Below, in pieces: positions 51,661 through 60,230 of a stretch of 64,000 nucleotides of DNA. Source of the DNA: Candidatus Eiseniibacteriota bacterium. Lineage in GTDB: Bacteria > Eisenbacteria > RBG-16-71-46. Both the position numbers and the translations under genes were made by a program. The notes under the pieces are model-generated. The model was not told where the DNA came from. It searched no databases and worked only from the letters and a program-made list of their open reading frames with translations. Each line of letters begins with the position of its first letter. The stretch's first letter is position 1. The stretch is taken from positions 1,728,001-1,792,000 of the forward strand of contig OY970178.1 in NCBI GenBank assembly GCA_963707915.1, in the 5' to 3' direction.

Positions 51661-51946
51661 GTCGCGCGCGACCGGAAGCGCCGATGGCCGCCCGGCTCAC
51701 GGGCGGCCATCGTGCGTGACGCGGGCGCTCCGCCGGGCCCGACGACTGGCGCGTCTCGCACCGGCGGTCGGCGTCATGGGTGGGCCCCTCCCTTCGACGG
51801 ACCCAGACTAGGAACGGGCGCGGCGGGAGCCAATCCCGGATGCCGGCGCCGGCCGCCGGACGTGCGGCCTCCCGCGTGCGGGGCTATGATGCGCCCTGAT
51901 CGACCGCCGCGACTTCACCCGCATCCCTCTGCACAGGAGGTTCGTC

Positions 51947-53986
51947 ATGGGTCACCAACGCCTCGCCGCGGCTCTCGCCGCGCCCCTCGTGATGCTCCTG
52001 TTCGCGCACTCGGTGTCCGCGGCGCCGCCCGCGACGCACGGCCTGGACCCTGCCGACCTGGACACCACGGTCGCGCCCTGCCGGGACTTCTACCGCTACG
52101 CGGACGGCGGCTGGATCGCCCACGCGAAGATGCCCGCGGCCTACTCGCGTTACGGCGGCTTCGAGGAGCTCTCGGACCGCAACATCGACCAGGTGCACCG
52201 CCTGCTCGAGGACGTGGTGCGGAAGGCCGGTGGCTCGACCCGCGGCAATCCCGGCCTGCTCGCGACCTTCTACGGCACGGCGATGGATTCGGCGCGGGCC
52301 GAGCGCGAGGGCAGGCGTCCGATCGATCCGCTGCTGGCCCGCATCGGCGCGCTCGAGAGCAAGGCCGGGCTGGCCGCCGAGGCCGCGCGACTCCACGCCG
52401 ACGGTGTCGCCGCGCTCTTCTCGCTGGCCGGCATGGCCGACCCCGGGAACAGCTCGAGGGTGATCGCGACCGCGGGCCAGGGCGGCCTCTCGCTGCCCGA
52501 CCGCGACTACTACTTCCGGTCCGACTCGGCCTCGCAGCACGTGCGCACGGAGTTCGTCGCCCACGTCGCGCGCACCTTCGGCCTGCTGGGCGAGCCCGGC
52601 GAGACAGCGGCCGTCCAGGCGCAGGCCGTGATGGGGATCGAGACCGCGCTGGCCCGGGCCTCGATGACGCGCGTGCAGCAGCGCGATCCCCGGGCCACCT
52701 ACCACAAGCTGCCGCTGGACGAACTGCGCAAGCTGTGCCCGTCGCTCGACTGGAGCGCGTACCTCGCCGCCGCGGGCGTCCCGGGGGTGACCGAGTTGAA
52801 CGTGCGCCAGCCGGGCTTCTTCGCCGCGCTCGACAGCACGCTGCAGGCCGTGCCGCTCGCCGACTGGAAGACGTACCTGCGCTGGCAGGTCGTGCGCGCG
52901 GCCTCTCCCCTCCTGTCCACCCCGTTCGTGAACGAGGACTTCCGCTTCCAGCGCGTGCTCTCGGGCGCGACCGAGATGCTGCCCCGCTGGCGCCGCGCCA
53001 TCGAGGCCACCGACCGCTCGCTGGGCGAGGCGCTCGGCGCGGTCTACGTGCAGACCTACTTCACCCCGGAAACCAAGACCCGCGCGCTCGAGCTGGTGAA
53101 GAACCTCAAGGCCGCCTTCCGCGACCACATCCAGAACCTGCCCTGGATGAGCGACACCACCAAGGCGCAGGCGCTGCGCAAGCTCGACGCGATGGGCGTG
53201 AAGATCGGCTGGCCCGACCGGTGGCGGGACTACGCGAAGCTCGAGCTCGAGCACGACTCGTTCGCGGCGAACTGGATGCGGGCGAATCGCTTCGAGCGCG
53301 CCTGGCGGCTCGGGAAGATCGGCGGGCCGGTGGACCGGACCGAGTTCAGCATGACGCCGCCGACCGTGAACGCGCGCTACAGCCCCTCGCTCAACGACAT
53401 CCTGTTCCCGGCCGGCATCCTGCAGTTCCCCTTCTTCGACCCGAAGGCCGACGACGCGCTCAACTACGGCGGCATCGGCGCGGTCATCGGGCACGAGATG
53501 ACGCACGGGTTCGACGACAGCGGCCGCCAGTACGACGCCGAGGGGAACCTCAAGGACTGGTGGAAGGCCGAGGACGCGAAGAAGTACCAGGTGCAGGTGG
53601 ACCGGATCGTCGCCCAGTACGACGCCTACACCGTGCTCGACACCGTGCACGTGAACGGCCGGCTGACCACCGGCGAGAACGTCTCGGACCTGGGCGGGCT
53701 CACCATGTCCTACGCCGCGCTGCAGAAGGCGCTCGACGGCAAGCCGCGGCCCGCCATCGACGGATTCACGCCCGAGCAGCGCTTCTTCCTCTCCTACGCC
53801 CGCGTCTGGCGCCAGCTCGTCCGGCCCGCCGAGGCGGTGCGCCGCATCAACACCGACCCGCACTCGCCCGGCATCTGGCGCGTGATGGGACCGCTCTCCA
53901 ACATGCCCGAGTTCGAGCGGGCGTTCGGCTGCACCGGCGAGGGCACCATGATGCGGACGGAGGCGGAGCGCGTGAAGATCTGGTAG
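51947..53986 (+). CDS. Secreted M13 family metalloendopeptidase (PepO/neprilysin-like)
   Basis: AGGAGG RBS, signal peptide, PCRDFY, VNARY, HEMTH, GENVSDLGG, DPHSP. Confidence 0.95.
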   Translation: MGHQRLAAALAAPLVMLLFAHSVSAAPPATHGLDPADLDTTVAPCRDFYRYADGGWIAHAKMPAAYSRYGGFEELSDRNIDQVHRLLEDVVRKAGGSTRGNPGLLATFYGTAMDSARAEREGRRPIDPLLARIGALESKAGLAAEAARLHADGVAALFSLAGMADPGNSSRVIATAGQGGLSLPDRDYYFRSDSASQHVRTEFVAHVARTFGLLGEPGETAAVQAQAVMGIETALARASMTRVQQRDPRATYHKLPLDELRKLCPSLDWSAYLAAAGVPGVTELNVRQPGFFAALDSTLQAVPLADWKTYLRWQVVRAASPLLSTPFVNEDFRFQRVLSGATEMLPRWRRAIEATDRSLGEALGAVYVQTYFTPETKTRALELVKNLKAAFRDHIQNLPWMSDTTKAQALRKLDAMGVKIGWPDRWRDYAKLELEHDSFAANWMRANRFERAWRLGKIGGPVDRTEFSMTPPTVNARYSPSLNDILFPAGILQFPFFDPKADDALNYGGIGAVIGHEMTHGFDDSGRQYDAEGNLKDWWKAEDAKKYQVQVDRIVAQYDAYTVLDTVHVNGRLTTGENVSDLGGLTMSYAALQKALDGKPRPAIDGFTPEQRFFLSYARVWRQLVRPAEAVRRINTDPHSPGIWRVMGPLSNMPEFERAFGCTGEGTMMRTEAERVKIW

Positions 53987-54021
53987 ACGAAGACGCCCGA
54001 CGAGGGCCATACCAACGCGCG

Positions 54022-54045
54022 GGGCCGGCTCCCACGAGCCGGCCC
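54022..54045. repeat. GC hairpin GGGCCGGCTC-N4-GAGCCGGCCC (terminator or REP-like), copy 1
   Basis: Perfect 10-bp stem. The same stem occurs at 54929-54954. Confidence 0.6.
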
Positions 54046-54245
54046 GGCGTGTCTGCCACGACCGCCGGAGGGACCCCGATGGCGGCGTGGTTCACCGGAC
54101 CCGCGGAAGGTCGTTGCATCCTCCGGTGGCCGGTGGGACACTCATGCAGGTCATCCCCCCTGCGGCTGCACCGGAGGGTTCCGACGCGGCCCACGAGGCC
54201 CCTCGCGGAAGCGCCATCCGCTCCCGCGGATCATGGGAGGGTCGC

Positions 54246-54899
54246 ATGCGGATCCGCTGCTTCGTCCTCGTTCTCCTGCTGGGTGCCGGCTGGCCTGCCG
54301 CGGCAGCCGCCGCGCCATCGCTTCCGGTTGCCGATCCCACCCACTGCACCACGACCGTCCGCTTCGTCGTCTGCCCCGCCGGGGACGTCCCGTTCGAGGT
54401 CGTCGTGCTCGACCAGTACTGGATGCCGATGGCCGGCAGCGGGGTCTGGATCGACTTCAGCCGATGCGCCGGCCTGCGGCTCTGCCCGGACTGCTGCGCG
54501 GGCGCGGTCGTCGATCCGGCGGCCCGCACGATCCGCGCGACGACCGACGCGTCGGGCAGAGCCCGCTTCTGGCCCGCGATGGGCGGCGTCTGCAACGGTT
54601 CCACGGTCAGCGTCTCGGTCGCCGCCATGCCCGGAGACACCCGGCCCACCGTCTTCCTCAAGGTGTCCGCCGTGAGCTCGTCCGACCAGGACGGCGACCT
54701 GGACGTGGACGCCGACGACGTCGGGATCGTGACCGCAGCGCTCTACACGATCAACTGGGGCGCCGACTTCAACGGCGACGGAGAGGTGTCGCCGGCGGAC
54801 CTGGCCTGGCTCACGAACGGCCACGTCGGGCACGCCTGTGCGGGCGTCGTGCCCGCCCGGGCGTCCACCTGGGGAGCGCTCAAGCTGCACTACCGGTGA
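54246..54899 (+). CDS. Secreted Cys-rich protein with dockerin/EF-hand-like Ca-binding repeats and a C-terminal STWGALKLHYR motif
   Basis: GGAGG RBS, signal peptide, DQDGDLDVDADD and DFNGDGEVSPAD. Confidence 0.75.
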   Translation: MRIRCFVLVLLLGAGWPAAAAAAPSLPVADPTHCTTTVRFVVCPAGDVPFEVVVLDQYWMPMAGSGVWIDFSRCAGLRLCPDCCAGAVVDPAARTIRATTDASGRARFWPAMGGVCNGSTVSVSVAAMPGDTRPTVFLKVSAVSSSDQDGDLDVDADDVGIVTAALYTINWGADFNGDGEVSPADLAWLTNGHVGHACAGVVPARASTWGALKLHYR

Positions 54900-54928
54900 T
54901 CGTGCCGCGCGTCGCGCGGAGCCCCGCC

Positions 54929-54954
54929 GGGGCCGGCTCGCTCGAGCCGGCCCC
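54929..54954. repeat. GC hairpin GGGGCCGGCTC-GCTC-GAGCCGGCCCC (terminator or REP-like), copy 2
   Basis: Perfect stem between convergent genes, with the same arms as 54022-54045. Confidence 0.6.
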
Positions 54955-54979
54955 GTCATATTCGGGCGTTCGCGCGGAG

Positions 54980-56027
54980 CTACGCCCCGAACCAGCGCGC
55001 CACCAGGCTACGGGCGAGCGACAGGTCGTCCGTGCCCTTCACGATCGCGCGGCCGTCGGCGAAGAGCGTGAGCTCGTAGGGTGGCACGCGCAGCCGCACG
55101 ACGAACCCGTTCGCCAGCACCTCGCCGGCCCCACCCGCGGCCCGCGTGCCACGCAGGCGCGCGGCGACCGCGGCGAGGTCGGGCACCGCGCCGCCCGCCG
55201 GCCTCACCAGCACCGCGTCGCGGCCGCACAGGACCTCGGCCGGCTCCGCGCCGCGCTCCAGGAACTCGAAGCGCCGCTCGCCGCAGCAGGGGCAGCGCGG
55301 GTCCCGCGGCGGCAGCTCGACGTGCTGGAAGCGCAGGTCCCAGACGTCCGCGCTCACCATCACCGCAGGCTCGGGGGCCTCGCGGGTGACGAGCCAGCGC
55401 AGCGCCTGTGCCACCTCGAGCGCGGCGATCAGGTGCGCGACGGGGCCGAGGACGCCGACGGTGTCGCAGGTCGGAGTCGAGCCCGGCGGGGGCAACTCGG
55501 GCTGGATGCAGCGGAAGCACGGGGTGCTGCCCGGCACGATCAGCGTGCTCACCCCGTAGCTGCCGACGCAGGCCCCGTGCACCCAGGGCAGGCCCGCGTG
55601 CACGCAGGCGTCGTTGAGCAGGTAGCGGCCCTCGAAGTTGTCGAAGCCGTCCACCACCAGGTCCACGCCCTCGATCAGCCCGGCGAGATTGCCGGCGTGC
55701 AGGTCGGTCGACCACGGGCTCGACCGCGACTTCGGAGTTGATCGCGGCGAGGTGGCGCGCGGCGGCCACGGCCTTGGGGATGCAGTCGCGCGTGTCGGCC
55801 TCGTCGAAGAGCGCCTGCCGCTGGAGGTTCGTGAGGTCGACGACGTCGCGGTCCACGATCCGCAGGAAGCCGACGCCCCCGCGCGCCAGCAGGTTCGCGG
55901 CCTCGGCGCCGAGCCCGCCGCAGCCCAGCAGCAGCACGCGCGCGGCGCGCAGCCGCGCCTGCCCCGCCACCCCGATCGGCGCGTGGAGGATCTGCCGCGA
56001 GTAGCGGTCGTCGGCCGGCGGGCGCAT
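54980..56027 (-). CDS. moeB: ThiF/MoeB family sulfur-carrier adenylyltransferase, +1 frameshift near 55709
   Basis: RYSRQI, GCGGLG, DRDVVDLTNLQRQ in one frame; DGFDNF, PCFRC, TCDTVGVLG, CPCC in another. Removing one base gives EPVV-TDLHAGNL. Confidence 0.88.
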
Positions 56028-56142
56028 CGGACGCTCCTCTCCTGTCATGCCGACATGTTGTCCGGGTCGTCGCCGAGAATCAAGCCGCCCCGGGAGTCCG
56101 GGGCGGCCAGGGCGTTGCCGGGAACACCCCCCGAGCCGGGGA

Positions 56143-57921
56143 CTACGGACACCCGGCCGGTCTCGTGAAGTGCACCGTGATCACGTTCTGGGGGTTCACG
56201 GCCAGCCGGGTGGCGGGGTCGATGCCCTGCACGCAGCGCCCCCGACCCGGGATGGCCTCGCAGTCCACGCAATCGCAGATCTCGATGCTGACCCGGATGT
56301 CGCCCGAGGCGAAGGGGTTCCCAGCCTCTCCACCCGGCTTGAAGGTGACCTCGCGAGAAGCCACGCCGTATGCCCCGACCGGGTACGGATCGCTGCCCGG
56401 CACGAGGTAGGTCCACGAGGTGTCGCGGCCGGCCAGGTTCTTCCCGTAGAGCGTGATGGTGAAGCGCAGCGTCGTCTTCGACACCGGGCCGCCGGCCGTC
56501 GTGTTCGCCGCGTTGGGATCGCAGGGATCGGCGTCCATTCCCAGCAGACGGAAGGTCCAGGTGCAGCTGCCCGACGGATCCGGGAACTCCTGCCCCGCCA
56601 CGGGCACGAAGCTGGCGTTGCTCCGGACCAGCGCCGGCGCCTTGTCCACGTAGAAGGTGATGACCTTGCGCCGCGCGAGCCGTTCGGCTTCCGTGCCGCC
56701 GCCGGCGTCCACGAGGTCGGCGAGGGTGATGGCGTCCCTGATCCGGACGTCCAGGCCGCCGTCGGCGTCCTGCGCGCGCGCCAGGGCGTAGGCCTTCCCC
56801 GCCGCGTACATGCGCCAGTACCCCGCGAGACGCGGCGCACGGAACACCGACGTGGGCTCGAAGACCGGGTAGAGACCGGTCTGGGCCGGGATCATCTTGA
56901 GGCCACCGGGCGTGAGGCGCTCGGCGACGAGCGACCGGAAGCCGACGGGCGAGCCCATGAGGCCCAGCGTCTGGAGTGCGGCGTAGCGCTCCGGGTCCGC
57001 GGCGAAACCGGCCGGCAGCGCCGGGTCCGTGGGATCCACCCGGGGCACGTACTTCGAGTCCTTGTCATAGCCGCCGTTCACGAGCACGACCCACGAGTTC
57101 TGGTGGACCGTGTCCCCTTCCGAGCGGGCGAAGATGCGGTCGCCGTAGATCTCGTAGAACGTCCCGCGGCGGTCGTCTCCGCGAAGCGGCTGCCGCATCG
57201 AGGGCAGGTAGCGGAACGAGTCCGGTCCGAAGTACGCGCGCCCGTCCGGCGGCCAGGCCGTGGCGGTGGTGAAGCGCCCCCAGTCCTTCACGTCCACCGC
57301 GCGAGCCCGCTCGCCGTCGCTCGAGAGCGGCCACAGCCCGGGGATCGGGCCCGCCCACCAGGTGTCGGGGGCGAAGTTCGCGAGGCAGATCAGGGTTTTC
57401 GTGCCTCCGCCCGCCTGCTCCGGCACGGTCACGTGGATGAGGTTGAACCCGGGGACGAGCGTCTGGGTGTCCGGCGGGGCCGGGCGGTCACCTCCCGACT
57501 CCGCGAGCGTGGACACGTCCACGGCTCGAGTCGGGTCGAGATCGGCCTCGAAGGTCGAATCGGCGACCCCGTGCCGCGCACGGAGGGACCGCCACGACCA
57601 GTAGGCAAGGCTGAAGGCCGGCACCGTGTCCCGGGGAGCCACCCCCGGCACGAACTCCTGGGTCAGCCGGAAGACCCGGCGGGGATGGGCGACGGGACGG
57701 GAGTCACGGCCCAGAGTGACGATGGTGCCGACCGCCCGGGCATCGAGGACCCACTTGCGCCCCGACGAGTCGGTACACGAGACACCGGCACCGCCGGTCT
57801 CCGATGCAGGCGGCTGGCTGACGGCCCGGATGGCGGTGGGACGGAGGGGCTTGGTGCACCCCGCGCACCAGGCGGCGACCACGGTCAACAGAACGAGGGG
57901 GATCGTGGGACTCGTACGCAT
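56143..57921 (-). CDS. Hypothetical lipoprotein
   Basis: GGAGG RBS, MRTSPTIPLVLLTVVAAWCAGC lipobox-like N-terminus, long open frame, C-terminal CDCVDC...C. No family recognised. Confidence 0.7.
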   Translation of the reverse strand: MRTSPTIPLVLLTVVAAWCAGCTKPLRPTAIRAVSQPPASETGGAGVSCTDSSGRKWVLDARAVGTIVTLGRDSRPVAHPRRVFRLTQEFVPGVAPRDTVPAFSLAYWSWRSLRARHGVADSTFEADLDPTRAVDVSTLAESGGDRPAPPDTQTLVPGFNLIHVTVPEQAGGGTKTLICLANFAPDTWWAGPIPGLWPLSSDGERARAVDVKDWGRFTTATAWPPDGRAYFGPDSFRYLPSMRQPLRGDDRRGTFYEIYGDRIFARSEGDTVHQNSWVVLVNGGYDKDSKYVPRVDPTDPALPAGFAADPERYAALQTLGLMGSPVGFRSLVAERLTPGGLKMIPAQTGLYPVFEPTSVFRAPRLAGYWRMYAAGKAYALARAQDADGGLDVRIRDAITLADLVDAGGGTEAERLARRKVITFYVDKAPALVRSNASFVPVAGQEFPDPSGSCTWTFRLLGMDADPCDPNAANTTAGGPVSKTTLRFTITLYGKNLAGRDTSWTYLVPGSDPYPVGAYGVASREVTFKPGGEAGNPFASGDIRVSIEICDCVDCEAIPGRGRCVQGIDPATRLAVNPQNVITVHFTRPAGCP

Positions 57922-58021
57922 GACCACCTCCAAGCCCCCGGTCGCTGCGTCATTGGTACGGCTCGACGCTAGCACTCGACATCCGGATGTCAATCGGGAA
58001 GTGGCCCGCGGAACGAGGTAT

Positions 58022-58222
58022 CTACCCCCCGCCGATCAGGTGGATGACCTCCACGACGTCGCCGTCGTGGAGCACGGTGGTGGGGACCTGCTCGCGCTTC
58101 ACCACCCGCTGGTTCACCAGGATGACCCGCAGCGGGAACGTGTAGGTCTTCTCCCGCAGCAGGGCCTCGACGGTGAGGCCCTCGCGGTGGGGATGCGGGT
58201 CGCCGTTGACGGTGAGCGCCAT
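58022..58222 (-). CDS. thiS: ThiS/MoaD ubiquitin-like sulfur carrier
   Basis: 66 aa, TVNG..., DGDVVEVIHLIGGG with C-terminal GG. Confidence 0.88.
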   Translation of the reverse strand: MALTVNGDPHPHREGLTVEALLREKTYTFPLRVILVNQRVVKREQVPTTVLHDGDVVEVIHLIGGG

Positions 58223-58224
58223 CG

Positions 58225-60210
58225 TCACTCCGTGACGCCGTGCGCCTTCAGCAGCTCCACGACCCCTTCGACCCGGTCGATGCCGAGGGCGCGGACCTTG
58301 GCGAGCGTCGGGATCCCGTCGGGGGTCCAGCCGCGCCGCTTGTAGACCGCGTCGAGCAGCTTCTGGTAGCGGTCCTCGCGGTACGCGCGCAGCGCCGCGC
58401 GGCGCTGATCGAGCGAGAGCGGCGCGGGGTCCACGCCGGCCTCCTCCTTCAACTGCTTGTCGTAGCGCTCCTGGCGCGACTCGTACTCGGCGGCGGTGAC
58501 CGGGCCCTGCGCGCGATACGGGATCGCGTCGTGCGCGCGGCGGCCGAAGCCCATCTTGAGGTTGAAGATGCGCTGGAAGTTGTAGACCCGCTCGCTCTGC
58601 AGGATGAGGTCCTCGGGCCGGACCTCCTTGCCCGTCATCCCGGCCACGAACTCGCAGTAGCCCTGCACGTGGCGCGGCACCTTGGCCGGCGCGCCGGACT
58701 CGGCGTTGTCCTCGGGCTCGACGTCGTTCCACAGCAGCTTGCACAGCCCGTTCAGGCCGAACCACGTGCGCCACATCGGGAAGTAGTGCAGCGCCTCGGC
58801 CTTGTCCTCGAAGCTCGGGATCTGCTTGTTCACCATGTCCATGAAGATGAGCCAGGCCTCGTCGTGCTGCGGGCCCTTCAGCGCGATGCCGTAGCCGCCC
58901 TGCTGGGCGAGCGACTCCTTGCAGATGTAGCCGGAGTACTCGAGCCCCTTGGCCTCCATGCCGACGTCCTGCAGGAACGCGGGGTCGGCGCCGAAGCGCT
59001 CGGCGAAGATCCGCTTCATCCGCCGCACGCCCTGGCCGGCGAGCAGGCCGAAGCCCTCGCCTCGCGCCATCTGGTGCAGCACCTCGAGCGTGCCGTCGAT
59101 GCTGCCCGGCGAGAGGTCGAGGCCGCCGGTGTGCTCGCGCTGCAGCACGCCGGCCTCGAAGCACTCCATCACGAACGCCATCAGCGTGCCGAAGGAGATG
59201 GTGTCCAGCCCGTAGTGGTCGCAGTAGTAGTTGATCTCGATGATGGCCCAGGGCTCGAAGATGCCGAGGTTGCTGCCGGCGCACGAGACCGTCTCGTACT
59301 CGGGCCCGTCCACCAGCACGGACTTGCCCCGGTCCGGCCCGGTGCGCAGCACGTGACCGTCCACCGCCTTGGCGCAGGCCATGTCGCAGCCCAGGGCGCA
59401 GCCGTCGGCCACGCCCTGCGTGAACAGCGCCTTGAACTTGTCCGAGGCGATGCGCGGCGTGTCGACGTGCTTCCCGTAGCGGTAGTTGTGGACCGGCAGG
59501 AGGTCGTAGTCGTCCATGATCTCGGTCAGGTGCGCGGTGCCGATCTCGCGCATGTGGCACTGGTGCTTGTCCAGCACCAGCACCTCGCGGGTGAGCTCGG
59601 CGCCGGCGCGGCGGATGCGGTCGGCGTCCACCGGGTGGTTCGGGTCCTCGGTGAAGCGGATCGCCCCGGTCGGGCACACGCTGGCGCAGGCCATGCAGCC
59701 CACGCAGGCCGACGACGCCTCGCCGTAGGGCATCGCCACCCGGCGCGACTCGCCGCGCCCCTCGAAGGCCAGCACGTGGTGCCAGACGCCCTCGTCGCAG
59801 AGGCGCACGCACAGGCCGCACAGGATGCAGGCGTTCGGGCTCTCGTTGCGCTGCGGGTGCGCGAAGCGGGGCGCGGCGACGCCGGCCTCGCGCGCCATCT
59901 CCTGCACCACCTTCACCTGGGGCCAGCGCGCCAGCATCATCTCGAGCACCAGCCGGCGGGTGCGCAGGGCGCGCTCGCTGCGGGTGAAGACCTCGACCGG
60001 CTTCTGCAGCGGGTAGTTGCAGGCGGTGACGATGCGCTTGCGGCGCCCCTCGTCCACCTCGACGCTGCAGACGCGGCAGACCCCGTAGGCTTCGACCAGC
60101 GGGCTGTGGCACAGCGCCGGGATCTCCACGCCGGCCTGCTTCGCGGCCGCGAGGATGGTGGTGCCCGGCGCCACCTCGGTCTTCCTGCCGTCGATCGTGA
60201 CCTGGATCAT
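58225..60210 (-). CDS. Fusion of a NuoG/HydA-N-like Fe-S module with the C-terminal domains of an aldehyde:ferredoxin oxidoreductase
   Basis: IPALC..GVCRVCSVE..TAC ([2Fe-2S]), CILCGLCVRLC and CVGCMACASVCP (2x[4Fe-4S]); then AOR motifs GTAHL, LPVHN, CALGCDMAC, GPEYET, CDHYGLDTIS, GPQH, RGWTPDGIPT. Alternative start at 60234. Confidence 0.88.
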   Translation of the reverse strand: MIQVTIDGRKTEVAPGTTILAAAKQAGVEIPALCHSPLVEAYGVCRVCSVEVDEGRRKRIVTACNYPLQKPVEVFTRSERALRTRRLVLEMMLARWPQVKVVQEMAREAGVAAPRFAHPQRNESPNACILCGLCVRLCDEGVWHHVLAFEGRGESRRVAMPYGEASSACVGCMACASVCPTGAIRFTEDPNHPVDADRIRRAGAELTREVLVLDKHQCHMREIGTAHLTEIMDDYDLLPVHNYRYGKHVDTPRIASDKFKALFTQGVADGCALGCDMACAKAVDGHVLRTGPDRGKSVLVDGPEYETVSCAGSNLGIFEPWAIIEINYYCDHYGLDTISFGTLMAFVMECFEAGVLQREHTGGLDLSPGSIDGTLEVLHQMARGEGFGLLAGQGVRRMKRIFAERFGADPAFLQDVGMEAKGLEYSGYICKESLAQQGGYGIALKGPQHDEAWLIFMDMVNKQIPSFEDKAEALHYFPMWRTWFGLNGLCKLLWNDVEPEDNAESGAPAKVPRHVQGYCEFVAGMTGKEVRPEDLILQSERVYNFQRIFNLKMGFGRRAHDAIPYRAQGPVTAAEYESRQERYDKQLKEEAGVDPAPLSLDQRRAALRAYREDRYQKLLDAVYKRRGWTPDGIPTLAKVRALGIDRVEGVVELLKAHGVTE

Positions 60211-60230
60211 GGCGGGGTTCCTTTCGCCGC

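Noticed and set aside
58022..60112. 696-aa ORF ending in a ThiS domain
   Set aside because: Only the last 66 aa (ATG at 58222) are protein-like. The rest is a shadow frame of the AOR fusion.
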